A stretch of 64,000 nucleotides of DNA from assembly GCA_040954595.2 (NCBI GenBank), contig CM082596.2, forward strand, positions 5,964,791 to 6,028,790, read 5' to 3'. The translations under genes and the position numbers were made by a program. The notes under the pieces were generated by a model, which was not told where the DNA came from, did no database searches, and saw only the letters and a program-made list of their open reading frames with translations. Origin of the DNA: Balanoglossus misakiensis. Lineage: Eukaryota > Animalia > Hemichordata. This document shows positions 1 through 13,306 of the stretch, piece by piece (position 1 is the stretch's first letter; every line of letters starts with the position of its first letter).

Positions 1-167
1 CAATGCCTATATATGGTCAAAAGGGCATGTCTAACTCTTCAATGACTGTGTGGTGTCACTCTATTCTTTGTGAGTGTCACTCACTGAAAATCTGTGATTG
101 TCAATTGACCATATAAACACTGGGTATAGATTGCAATGTGCATGAAATATTTGACTCAAGGACCAAC

Positions 168-2073
168 CTCATGCAGTTCATCCTCATCAAATTCGCCGGT
201 CTCAGCCCAGTACTCCAACTCCAACTGCAGATCAGTCGGGAAGAGGAACGCCCACTCGGTCGACACCGCTCCGGTATTCTCGATCATCAAGTGCACAACG
301 CAGTCCTCGGAGTCGACGGGAGCCGCTCCGAAGTTGAAATCCAAGATGGCTCTGGTGTAGACCGGCGGGCGTCGCCTGGTGCTGTGTCGGGTGATCACGG
401 AGTACATCAGTTCTTCAGTGGACGGGTCTGCGTCCAGACACACGTTTAAACTGAAATGAAAACATATCAAGGTTGAAAACATGTCTACTATTGTCAGACA
501 ATTTTGGTGCAAACATGCTGTTCACAGCCACTAGATCATGGCTAACTGTCAATAGAAAATTGTGGTTCTAAAAAAAATCCCTCGGTGGAAAATCAGGGAA
601 TCTGCTCAATGTAACAATTGTTACCTTAATGTCACTTTTAACATAACAAAATATCTTCTAGAATTCTCTTTTTTGTCACTAAATTGGGGTTACTATGTAT
701 GTGGTTACTCTACATATTATTCCCTAATGTTTAGTCTATACCCTTTATTCTATACATTGTGCCCTTAACTCTATACCCTTTCAACAAGTTTGTATTGTAC
801 TGTACTACTGACAAAATTCAGACCCGACACAAAGGTAGAGAAGAGTCACTCACTGGACACGGAGACACTTACTTGTCCAATGAGAAGAGACTCCACAACC
901 GGGCCTTGCTGACTCCACTCGCGCTGCCATAACACCTGGCGTCGGTCACAGCCAGACTTGGGTACACTCCAGTCGCCTTGATATCACACAGCGGGATGGA
1001 TTCATTGACTTGTTTGCCTTGAGGGGTCTGCAGCTGATAGGTGATGTTGAACAGGTAATCCACCCTGCGGATTGGTCGCACTGTGCCGATGATGATGTTA
1101 CGCGACCTTGCCGGGAGCACTCCTTCCATCTCGTCAAGTTCAAGAGCTGTCATGTCAAGAGAGGGAGATGACACTTAAATAACATTCTATAAGTCTCTTT
1201 TCTTCATACAAGTTATGGCAATACCAAAGTATTCAAATTACCAAGGTAAGTTTTCAGGTTCAATGAATAAGCAAAGTTTTGTTGATTTTCTTTGAATAGA
1301 GCATCTGACAAATGATGCATTCTTTGCATCATTGGCCAGTGACATATAGATATGCAAATATACAGTTTTAATCGAAAACATCTCAACACCAATATTGTAT
1401 ACTCTATCAGACTTGTACCCACCGACTGGATCACGTAGTGTTTCGTGTTCAGGGTACGGTCCATCAATGGTCTGCTCAATGGTTAAGCGATAGTGCAGAC
1501 TACAGTCGTTGTCGTTGAACACAATGATTTCCTTCGAAGCTGAGCTGCCGACGACAACATTGGAGAAATGAATTGTGCCCTGTTCAGCCTACAAAAGAGA
1601 GAAAAGTTATGGAGAAATGGTTAAATATACATTGTATATATAGTATAATGAATAAATATTTTCCATTGTCTTAGTCAGAGTTTTTGTTCATCGAAGAGAC
1701 TTATTCCGTTCCTTATACTGCTTACATTAAACTATAAATAGACGTTTTGTACATGATTCTCGTGATCATGCCAAAAGATACAGCCAAACCGTCATACAAG
1801 TTAAGCCCAATATTGCAAGATTATAATCTAACATTGCTACATCTAATAATGTCTCATTTTTGTTTTGAAGTTAACATTGGACTTGAACTCACCCTGATGA
1901 AGCCAGAGGAACCCTCTCCAACAACCCTGAGTGTAAATTTCTTCCTCTTTGCCGTCTCAGGGTCCACGCTGGGTCTGTCTGCATGCACGTACACATATGG
2001 TTTCAAGACATACTTGTTGTGTTCTTCGGGGATAAATGTCCATTGTTGTGACTGCAGAGGAAGAAAAAACAAC

Positions 2074-2124
<51 letters not shown>

Positions 2125-2131
2125 CTATCAC

Positions 2132-2212
<81 letters not shown>

Positions 2213-2216
2213 CACT

Positions 2217-2308
<92 letters not shown>

Positions 2309-2321
2309 AACCACCACCACC

Positions 2322-2407
<86 letters not shown>

Positions 2408-2411
2408 AACC

Positions 2412-2460
<49 letters not shown>

Positions 2461-5400
2461 CATTTCAAGACCCCTCCTACCAAAGTAACTCACTGCATTC
2501 CTACCTGTGTTTCATTTGGCAGTATGCTTCCAGACACTGGCTCCACTGACAGCAGATGTCTACTCTCTGGCGGAATCCTCCATTCAAATTTGAGGGGTGT
2601 TCTGGATATGTTCTTCATCTGGTATGGTCTTTGACTTTGAGTGCCGTTACACGTTGGCTTGAAGTATAGGCAAGCCTACAAGAGGATGGTGATCACGGTA
2701 TATTAAATTGAACTTGTGATTTGGTTAATTAAGAGAATACAAGAAAAAACTTAGAATGTTATTGATAAGTTTTCCATAAACAATATTTGTATAGATTTTC
2801 TTTGTATACTATAGAGCTGAGAAAATATTAGCAGGGTTATCAGGCTATTATGCCATCATAGAACTAGGTATCATAGGTTAGATCTACTTGTAAATATTTC
2901 TGACCTCATCATCCAGTAGAACGTCAGGCGTTTCCGCTGATCCAAGCAACAGGACATCGTGGATGTGCTTCTCAGCATCATTCAGTTTGACCTTCAGGAT
3001 GTGACGGTGAAGTTTGGCTGTCTTTGGCGCCATCTTGATGACAAACAACTGGTGTCTCTCAGTCAGGAGACCTTTGCTGGGTTTGATGGAGTATGTGCTG
3101 TGAGAGATGGTGTAAAAATAGTGAAAATTCAGCTTGTCGAAGAATACCAAAAATATTGATATCATGACACATGATTAACATAATTTTTAGAAATCGGATG
3201 GAATGCAATTTGGATTCAGATTTACAGAAGACTGTAAAACCTGAAATTCTGTTCTACTATTTATTTCACTATGTAGTGTGTCGTTGAAGCTATCTGTCTG
3301 TACTTACCTTGCTGGATCAGGTTCAAAAGAATAATGTATGGGTGTTGTGCCAGTGTTAGCCAGGAGGAATGTCCTGAAGACAGTCTCATTGGTGTCTATG
3401 GCTGGGAAAACCTGTCAATGAAAACAGAATGTGTTGAATTTTCTACGTAATGAAACACTGCAGGTTGTACCATATAGAAATGCTTTTACTAGCCATAATA
3501 TGGGCTCATTTTATACCACTGACAGTGAAACGTGAAGGTCTGTTGGGAAGCAAACTTTTCCCAAGTGTTTTGTTCAGGTGAACCTCGTACATCTTGCATA
3601 GGAGACTGGATGTCTCGACTATAACTCACCAATTTCTGCGCATCAAATGTAAATCTTGGAAGGAAAGTTTCATTGCCAGGATGGAATGTATGTCCAATGG
3701 TACTCAGGGTCAGGCACCATGGTGGACAGAAGGTCTCATCCTGCACCAAGCGGTAATCTCTCATACTCTGCAAAAGCAGACATGAGGGAAAAAGTCAAAT
3801 TATTATTGTTCAGAATCATAGCCCATAGTCATACCATGTTGAACATGACTGAATCAGAAAATCTTTGATAAAACTTTCTTTATTTTTTCCAATTTCCTCA
3901 TAACAGTGTGCTTTGTATCAATTCTAATACAATAAAACTTAACAATTCTCTGGCAAGAACTACAAGATTGAAGATGACACTGACCTTGTATGATGCATAA
4001 CACTCTAGTTCAGCTCCAAAGAATTGATTTGGAACATTCTGCAGGGGAAAAAATTAGTTGAAAATTCAAATCAATATGGTGTATCTCATGATTCATGATT
4101 AAGAAAAAGGTGAAAAACATGCAACGTGGGCTTATAAATTTCTTTTATCAAAGTGTTACATCAGAAGATTGAAATGTCAAGATTATGTAAAAATAACCTT
4201 GTCATTGCATTTATATGTATAATCTATATAGTACATTTAAAAAAATGCCAAATAAAGTTAACACTCACTGGTTTGAATGTGACCTGGAATGAGAACGTCT
4301 TCAGAGGAGGAATGTCGCATGTTGCTGGTGTCACATAGAACGTGTTGTTGTTTTTGGTCATCCAGTTGATAGTGACCTTGCCCTTGGTGTGGTTGGTCAC
4401 ATGGACCATCTGTGGCTCAATCACTCGCAGATTCTGACACTGGCCAAAGTCAATGGTGCTCGTGTCAAGGGTAACGTGGGGCGTAGTGTGCTGTTGGTTC
4501 ACAAAGTAAAAAAATATTATTTATGAGTTGAATATAACAATTACCTAGTGGCTCGTTTCAAATTTATAAGCAATACCTTGGTTTCATCTCAACACCCACT
4601 TCAGCCATGTTAAATGGTTCACCCCCATTACCACAAAGTACCCTTTGCAAAACTCACCAGTTTATCAGAGTAATGTCCGTCGTCGAAGAACTCATGCATG
4701 GCAGGAATGGCTTCCGGTGCTTGCAAGTATTCCTCCATCGACTCTGCTTGCTGCATCATCAGACAGTCTTCTGGATCTAACTGCAGTTTGCCTTCTTTCA
4801 GCAGTTCATTCAGTTGCTGTGGGACAACAGATCAAATCAAACGTGAAGTCAGAATGCAAAGATTTAATCTCGTATTAAAACAAGCCACACGACATTATAT
4901 GAAAACAGAAATCATCAGTCTTTACCTCAGGAGGGAACAGCGAGAAGCCCCTTGACACGTGCATTCTGTACTTGGTTAGATGTTTGGGCTGCAACACGGC
5001 TGGCTTGACTTGTTCCGCGTGGCAGGTGCCGATCAGATCAACAAACAACGGGTCCTGTCAATGTGAGGTGAGATGTCATCAGTTTGACTGGATTTTCTCA
5101 GTTTGCTCGGTTAAAATGAACAGGAATTGGGAAATTTCACAAATTTCCAGAAAAAAGAGAGAGAAGATGAATTTTCTACCTACCTGGTTTTGAACCAGAC
5201 ACGATACTCTCCTGTAGTAATTGATGGGATGGCTTGGTATGAAATGCAGGATGATGGTTTCTGAGGTGTGAGGCTTCAACATTCCTGCCAACTTCTCAAA
5301 TTTGAAGACGCTTTCGCTGCAATCAATCATGAACTGCAAGGAGAAGGAAATTATAAAATAAGTTACAGTTGACCATATACTCTACATATGTACTTAGTAA

Positions 5401-7792
5401 GATTTTTTTTTCTTTGATTCTCCATTTATCTTAACACAAATAATACAAGTACATCACTGGTCTTTCCTCACCTGGTACGTTGCTTCTACATCGTACTCAT
5501 TGGTAATGGTCATAGTTCTTGTCTGTTTCTCATCTGTATCGATCCGTCCAAAGTTGATGACCTTGTTACTCAGGGTCACTCTGGGACCTGAAGTAAAAAA
5601 GTACAAGTTGTGAGAACCGTCAATGCAGTACAGAGACATGCGTTCTGGGACAATGGGTAAAAAATATATGAGGTAAGAGCGAGCATGTCGTACAAAAATC
5701 TAGACCCCTGAGTCAGTGTTTAACGTCAACTCACCTTTGCAAGTGCCCACCAATTTGACGACAGTCTTGCTGATGTTACCGATCGCCTGCACACTGATGT
5801 AGTCAATACTCTTCTCATTTACAATCTGTGGTGCATACACAACCTGTGCGAGAAAGGAAAAATAAATCTGGTTATTCTCACAGCCACATCAAAGATATCC
5901 ATTTCAAAAGTCATTGCCGTCTTTTACAAAATTCACATCCTTCAAAAGAATGAAGTATCTGTTGAGATTGTTGGTTCTTTTGATTTCTCACGGGATGTCC
6001 AGACTACAATATTCGGCTGGTTGACAGAGGGACTCTGATTTATCATTAAAAAAATACATTTTTAAAATTTCACTTACAGGAATCTTGACTAGACTCAGAG
6101 GTGGCACAACGCCACTGGTCTGTTGACAGGTAAACACTGTGTCGATTCTGGTGGATGCTGTTGGGTGTTCCACTGTGAAAGGTGCGTTCACCGGTGAGCG
6201 GTTGTCCAGTTCGATATACTGCTCCGATTTGTGACCAATGGCAATTTTGCCGAAGTTGACCACGGCTTCATCGTTCAAGTTATCCTCTTTTTTCTTGGTG
6301 CTTTTGCCACTGCCAGACACCACAGCTATATCATTCAAGTTATCCTCTTTTTTCTTGGTGCTTTTGCCACTGCCAGACACCAACAAGTGTGGGTATTTGC
6401 CTGAAAAGAAAAATTCACAATTTCTGAATTAGGAAACAGTGTTTGTTATATGACACGTTTTGACTTGCATCTTATTTGATTCATATGTATTTTCTGTTCA
6501 ATGTTGAAATATAAGTTTGTCGTAATTTTGATCCCAGCCAAAAGACTTACCAATTCCTTCCAGTTTGACAGTTTTGTAGCAGCTGAGATCGTGCCCGTAT
6601 CTGATGACAGCCGTGGTTTCGTAAACCAGGGCCGACTTCGGCCGGAAGGTCGCCGTGATTCTGCACGACGACTTGGGGTCAAGGGTGCCCTCTGGTGGCA
6701 CCACGGTGAAGGGTTCTCTGATCTTCCATTCAAAAGGGGTTGTTAATTCGCTGCAGACGGTCAGAAAACACAATCATTAAGACAGACTGTGAATATAGGT
6801 CAGATTCTGAAATAGTTGTATGTTTTTAAAACATAATTTCAGTTTGCTCCAAATGACTGGTAAACCTCATAATTCTGGAGACATTACAGCCTTAACCCTC
6901 TCACCACCATGGTTTGGTCCATATCTATTGTTTTCTATAGTAAAGTTGGACCTCTATAGAGGGTACTGGGGTGAAAGGGTTAATGCTGGAGAAAATACCT
7001 GCAGTACACCAAATCACCTACCTGATGTTATGAATATCGAACGTGACTTCAACATTGTCTTGGGCGGCACACATACCAAACTGCAAATATTCTGGTACAG
7101 CAAGTTCATGTTTTGGCAAAACGGCACGAATCGGTACGGAGAACGCACCTTCCTGTAAAATACACAAGATGGTAAGGTTAGTATCAGAACATACACCAGC
7201 AGTTTTTAAGGGGTTACTGATACATGCAATCTATACATGTATGAGCCATTCACCTTTGGGTTAAACCCCTAAAAGTTTCTAGTGGCTGAAGTCAGCATTA
7301 AATGGGGACTCGTGCCAGCAACAGGAGAGAGTTGGCTGTCTCACATTACTCACATTTGTCTCAAACTGAATGTTATCCTCATAAACATGTTTCTCCAGAG
7401 GTCTGAACGTGACTGGCAATGTGAAACTGGTTCCGGCGCTGAGAACGATGGGTTGTGGGTATAGCGTGGAGAAGAACCTGGACGACGGAGAGCTGTCAAA
7501 ACAAATGAAACAGCTATTGTTCAAAGATTCTGCCATGAGTCTACAATGTAGGAGTTTAGGAACAAAGTAATGAAAGTATATACAGGTGTATCTCACGGTC
7601 ACTGTAAAACCGACAATTGACTTACTTGTATTTAATCTTCTGTGTTCTAATGTTGACATTTTTCAAAGTAATATTTTTTGTGTACTCTGCTCCTGGCTCC
7701 CATCCTTTCCACGTGACATTGTCAACCACTTCAATGCCGTAGAATTTGCTACGCTTGGTTACCTGACGGTTGCTTGCAACAGCAGCAGGCAT
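168..7792 (-). CDS. CFAP65: Cilia- and flagella-associated protein 65 (CCDC108), 5' portion; multi-exon, continues beyond the left edge
   Basis: ATG at 7792 opens [46 protein letters not shown] (exon 7792-7626). Later GT-AG exons read [41 protein letters not shown] (exon 6400-6078), [66 protein letters not shown] and [28 protein letters not shown] (exon 450-168). These match recalled CFAP65 motifs (repeated Ig-like MSP/ASH folds). Confidence 0.93.
2074..2460. repeat. Compound microsatellite (TCA)n with two (CCA)n blocks, inside a CFAP65 intron
   Basis: Directly visible ~390-bp tract. It lies between the donor near 2505 and the acceptor near 2053, and explains the poly-S/H/D/M ORFs in the track. 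Confidence 0.98.
6259..6382 (-). repeat. In-frame 60-bp tandem duplication inside a CFAP65 coding exon
   Basis: 6274-6322 is identical to 6334-6382. The protein reads [17 protein letters not shown] twice. Confidence 0.95.
6892..6983. mobile_element. ~92-bp piggyBac-like MITE, copy 1
   Basis: TTAA-CCCTCTCACC...GGTGAAAGGG-TTAA: terminal inverted repeats with TTAA flanks. Four related copies lie elsewhere in the window. Confidence 0.85.
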
Positions 7793-8421
7793 TTTTAAAT
7801 CTTCTTTTCACAAATCTGTTAATTAATTGTTTAAAAGATAATATTTTATAATATGACATGACAGAGGCTCTGGATCCATTGGTGAAATGATGTGGGGGAA
7901 AGCTAGTCATTATTTGCAAGTACATTGCATTCATAACAGGCCTCTGCTATAAGAATGGTAAATATTATTTGACACAGACTGAGACGTGACTCATTATTAA
8001 ACTGATTAACTTCGCCATCATTTCGGTTTCACGCCGCTATGGGAAAATAACAGACTTTGATGTGCGCTGTTTACAAACAGTGTTACTAATGTTCATCCAA
8101 TAACCAGTGTGATCGTTCGCATACATCGTGATAGCGTTTGTTTGATGGAAGTCCATATTTTTCTGACTGGCTTGTCGATATAAAGGGTTAGTTTCGATTA
8201 GTGACGGTGCCCATTTCATTCACGCATTCCCGACTTATTTTGAGATCGCGATCGCAGCGACCCCTGGGCATCGACCATAGAGTGATACACTGTACACAGA
8301 CAGAAATGGTGGGTTACGTATACATCAGACACGATACCGAACGATCGTCAGCGCGAAAGTAAAGTTTAGAGCAACCAGGGACATTCAAGTATATTTTCAC
8401 ACATAAAACTTTGGGGTTTAC

Positions 8422-8831
8422 CTTTTCCCACTTAATTTGAGCCCGGAAATCCGTGTTTTTCGCTACATTCACTTGGCGTCAGTCGCAAGGACCGCCATAT
8501 TGCTCGTTGTTGCTATGTTATTTGTTGAAAGGCATGATGGGAAATCCAAGCAGATAAAGAAAATTATGGATTTTGCAGGGGAAATAAATAAATGTATCTA
8601 ACAGTACACTGTATTGATACAATAGCTTTACTAACAAATTTTAATGTTTTATGTAAACATAACTGTCCGTAAATCCTCGCGAACTTGTCTTGATCATCTC
8701 GCGCCCAGTGACCCCAGGTTGACCCCAAAACCTGCAACCATAACATAGGGACGCATAGGGGAGTCGAGTCGCGATCGTGTTCATACAAATAAACCCTTTT
8801 CTGCTGAAAATATTGGCGGTAAGTATCGATA
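8422..8831. promoter_or_regulatory. Candidate bidirectional promoter between the CFAP65 non-coding first exon (minus) and a plus-strand first exon
   Basis: CpG-enriched. Minus-strand donor AAG|GTAAAC at 8422/8421, YY1-like CAATATGGCGG at ~8492-8502, partial X-box GTTGCTATG at ~8509, plus-strand donor GCG|GTAAGT at 8818/8819, and TATCGATA (DRE-like) at 8824-8831. Confidence 0.55.
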
Positions 8832-11800
8832 GCTGTGAGTGAAGTCTACATTGTATTTTAAAAGAATGGTCATTTATTTGAAGCAGGATCTATTTAAACG
8901 TATTTACCGACCAGGTGAAATCGACAAACGCGAGCTTCATATACATTGAAACCAACATCGATATTCGATCACTAGCCTGGCCTGGGGTCACAAGAACAGC
9001 AGCGGCAGTGTAACAGTTACACCGCCCTACTTTTGAAGACCACGTGCGCACGTACACACATTTTGGCTCGCTCTCACTACACACTGCACCGATTTCTCTT
9101 ATTTATAACTTTCGACTCATTATAAGTGATCATGATTATAACGGTAAAGTTTGATCTCACGTACCGTTACGTAATAACATTCTAAGGTCACTTTCACTGG
9201 GAGTGTAATTCAGTAGCAGGCGGGTCATTTGCATTTAGGCCTGTTAATAAGTGGTACAAATTACATCGTATACACTTGCCAAAACGTACTTTGTTCTTTC
9301 ACCAATGTAACAAATAACTACATGTATTTTTCAACTTCCAAGTGAAAACATATGAAATTTGACATTGGAATGACCTTCCTGTATTTTGTGTCACTTAGCA
9401 ACCGGTTCTGAGCTGCACACTTTATTGTAGGGTGCAGGCATTGAAAAAGAAGTGAATTCAGTACTACAAAGACCCCCCTCCCCCAAAAGACAATATGTAC
9501 ACTTTCAAATTTCATTACCCAGCCCTGAAAATAAAACATTACTGGCCAATTTATTATTATTATTAAGTGTTAACATTATTATTTTTATATAATTATTTAT
9601 GTAATTATTATTATTCAGGTCCACTATGCTACATCTCAGAATGATTATGGACATTAATATTTGAACAGAGGCTTGAGGTGTTCAAATGTCTGAAACCTTC
9701 CTTTGCAACATACAAGTTACAGCCAGTCCATACTGTGCGATATGCTTTGTAGAGGTCTGACAGAGGATTTTAGCAGCAAGCTTGCAATGGTGTCAACAGG
9801 GTGCTAAAATCATAAAGGTAAGGATACTCATATTGGCAAAACATGCCTGTTTCAAGGTTATGAGATTGGCGATGCTTTGATCCAGGCCCACAAATTTACC
9901 TTTTCAGAGAGTACAGTCTCTATCTTTCCTTCTGGAGAGGAATTTCACAAGCATTGGAATATATATATGACATCTAGTCAGTACCCTAACAAGATGCCTT
10001 TAATTTAATTTGAATGCATTAATGTAAAAATTTGAGTATAGATGCAAAAACGGCAAAGCCCTTCATTGAAAGGTCACATGTCCTTGAGGAATTTGCATGT
10101 CCATGACTTCTGAGAAGTTGCTTTCTGATAACAGTGTGCGAAGGCTGAATGTTTGAAGAATTTGTTGGGGTCATGATCATAACTTTCATGTACATTTTAA
10201 TACACCTTTTAGTTGTATGTAGCCTTACAAGGTATTGGATATCTCCATTATATGTAATCATAAAACATGGTTGAATGAACAGCTTGCCTACGGTAAATGA
10301 GACCTCCCCAGTTCTGTCCACTCTGTCCCCTGTTACGGAGTCAAATGCCCCCTGTAGTGCGTTTTTCAGTGTTTCCAAGGTTTTATGAGGAAGCAGTCAT
10401 ATTTTATTGGACACGTGTGTTCTGCTATTGAGTCAAGTGTCTGGGGTGTGAAAGGAATTTGAATCCTTGTTCATAGCACTGATAGCATAAATTATAGCCT
10501 GCATACACTATACAAAGAGCTAGGTACAAATATATCCCTGCAGGTTGGAATGCCATTGACTAAGCCTACTTGGTAACACTCTGTAGTAGCCAATTTTCAA
10601 TATCTTGTCGCTGTGCCAACTTTCAGTACATGTACCGGTAATGAATTAGTCAAATCAATATCCTTGTCGCTGCGTATACAGTACAGCAGTATTATAAAAC
10701 AGTACAGTAATCATACAGTGTTACAGACAGATACCAGCATAGCTAGTTTTTGCAGTCAGTGGATGCTCCAAAAATACCTTGACCACTTATATCCTTTTGG
10801 GTCATGGATGTGTTACCATCTAAATTCTTAGCAAACATTTTCTGTCAGGGACTGTGTCTGTATCAGGGTTCAGGCTGTCTGCATCTGAGGTGCGGGTACA
10901 GGAAAGCATTCATGGAATGATAGGCATTGAAGATGGTCCCCAGAATGGAATCCATCATGTCTGGCATGTGCACCAGGCACTTTATAGCAAGCACTGAGGG
11001 CTTAGGGTCAAAAGTGCATTGGATATTTGAAGAATAATTTGACATTTGAATGGTAGTATTAAAAACAGTAGTTTTCATGGCTTCCCAGCCAACAACAATA
11101 TCACATTGTGGGTAAACTGACCTTGCCACTGAGGGCGCGCTGTACTCTACTCTCAGACGAGACGAGACGAGATGAGACAGAAACTGAGAAAGACAATTGA
11201 TGTGTGGGACTTTGCATAGTCAGTGATTGGTCACTGATTGAGTGACAGCGCTTTTGATGAGGTTGACTTCATATTAGATGCAAAACGACCTTGATTTGTG
11301 TATTTTCATTTCAATAACATTGACGCATGAATTTTTTAATCCCCAATTTGCTATATGTTCAGGCCTCTACTATGTAGTTTCCTGAAGGTCAGTCTTAACA
11401 CTATTGTACCACTGATTCAATACTCTGTCAGTTTGAAAATGTCAGTTGTTAGTTTGAACCACCTGGCTTTTCCATCATCGAGTTTTGAACTGAGAGTTAA
11501 TGATTTCCTCTGTTCTGATTGGTTCAGTTAAACTGTACAGGTGCACTGTATCTTTCCAGGTTACGTAAAAGATAATTATAAAGCATTAAAAATTTAAGGT
11601 TTGTGACATTATGATTGATATGGTCTAATCCTGGCATTCTCAACCATGCGGCAGGCCTGTTATTCAGCAAAATGGTAGTGTGAAAAGGTCAGGTGAATTT
11701 AAATGAAAACTTGTCAAGCCTGTGTCTTTCATTTTCCTCGGATAGAAAATCCATGTATATTCAAGGGAGCCTGTGCTGTTAATTTGACTGGTAACTGCAG

Positions 11801-12999
11801 AGAGTGACAGAAAGGTGTCAAATGTTATCAGAGCTTGCAGCTGTTCCACCAAATCATCAGGTGTTGTGATCAAACCGCCGTCACTCACAATATCCCTGCT
11901 TATCTTAACCAGTCACCAAGGGATGTTAGCTTCCAAAGGCGAGCCTATATACCGCCAGTAATCCTTATGATGAGTTCGATTATCGCGGTAATAGGCTAGT
12001 TCTTTTTCCCGATGCCATGTGGGACGTTTTTTACATGGTGATTGACATCGGGTAAACTCTGTCACGATGTATTTATGAAATAATGGCATTTATAACAACA
12101 ATTTTTTTGCGACAACCCAGAACATCAGTGTGGGCTGCATTCATGAAGGCAGCAGTGGGCAATACACAGTACATTTGTGGTCTAAATGCATAATGAGAAA
12201 TGTATCCTTTATGGTTAAACTGACTGTTAAGTGTTACATATGGCTCTGTTGGTAATGCCATACTTAAAAAACTGATTCTGTAATATTCGACGTTACAAAT
12301 AAAAGTGGTATTGAAAAGTCGCATATGGTTTGGTACATGTCGTAACCATACCAACCTGAAGATATGCCCTCAGGTGAACAAAACTACAATCAAAAGTGAA
12401 GTTGAGAGAATGGTGTCATATCTGTTGTGTACATGCATATTGACGACATCAACTCAAAACACATTCTCAGATCGTTCAAATGTCTGAACTGATTACCAGG
12501 ATTTTATATTTTACAAAAAGATTATTTGGAGTGAAACCTTAATTTTGCTAAGCCGCTTGTCTGTATCCATTGCATCTTTTTCTCCTGTTTCTCAAAACAA
12601 GATTTGTTAAGAAATAAATATACCGCCATATTTCATACTTTCAGTGATCAATTTCTTCTTTCAGTGGTTAGGAAACTTTGATGTTGATTTCTTACACATC
12701 ATGACACTCATTAAGTAAAATCAATTTGAAATGCTATATTGGGTTTCTTATGAGTAAACATGATATTAAAGTAACAGAACGAATTTAATAATAAATGGCA
12801 CACTGGTATATTGAAAAGATCTTGGCCATTCATGACGTCCTTCGTGTTATTGAAAAGAGTGTCTGTTGACAAGGGAAAAGCCAATAGCGTTTCTCGCAAG
12901 AAGAATACAACTGTGAGAATGTTCAAGATTTCGCCCACAGCGTGTATATCCAAGCTCTTTGCAAAGCAAACTTAATATATTAATGCACGGGGGGTTCTG

Positions 13000-13306
13000 T
13001 GGGCCGCCTCCATTGGCGGTGGGGGCCGGTTGCCTGGCAACCTAATCAGATCCCCGGCTGCAAGCTTCTCGGAGATTGATCAATTTTTCGCAGACTTTAC
13101 CTGAATTAGCAGTCGATATTGTCGGCGTTACAGAGGGGGCAAGTGAAGGCATACGGGCTCTTGACGTCACTCGCTGCGCGGTGTTTTGCAGAGAGGGCCC
13201 AGAAAACGCCGGTGACAGATAGGAGATGGTACGGCCGGCCGGGCCCTGATGCGTGATATGTCGTGCTTTCTGTGGAAGCATCAACATTTAGTTGATGACG
13301 GTAAGA
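13000..13306 (+). promoter_or_regulatory. GC/CpG-rich promoter and candidate first exon, probably an alternative NAGS promoter
   Basis: GC boxes and ATTGG at ~13001-13030, X-box GTTGCCTGGCAAC at 13029-13041, full CRE TGACGTCA at 13162-13169, donor ACG|GTAAGA at 13300/13301. Confidence 0.6.

Noticed and set aside
1747-2488. ORFs encoding poly-Ser, poly-His, poly-Asp and poly-Met
   Set aside because: Artefacts of the intronic (TCA)n microsatellite. Only ~1893-2052 on the minus strand is a real CFAP65 exon.
7206-7272. Short TTAAGGGGTT...AACCCCTAA inverted repeat
   Set aside because: Too short and imperfect, with no second copy seen in the window.
9850-11960. Several short protein-like minus-strand ORFs (10019-10378, 10863-11129, 11664-11888) that might be a decayed nested gene
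   Set aside because: No recognisable motifs and no consistent splice phases. A BLASTX hit would be needed to support it.
13249-13280. Resemblance of uORF peptide DMSCFLWK to the fungal arginine attenuator motif DY(L/I)SDH(L/I)W(K/R)
   Set aside because: The D-to-W spacing differs, the Y and DH residues are missing, and the motif sits too near the N-terminus. It is probably chance, so no homology is claimed.
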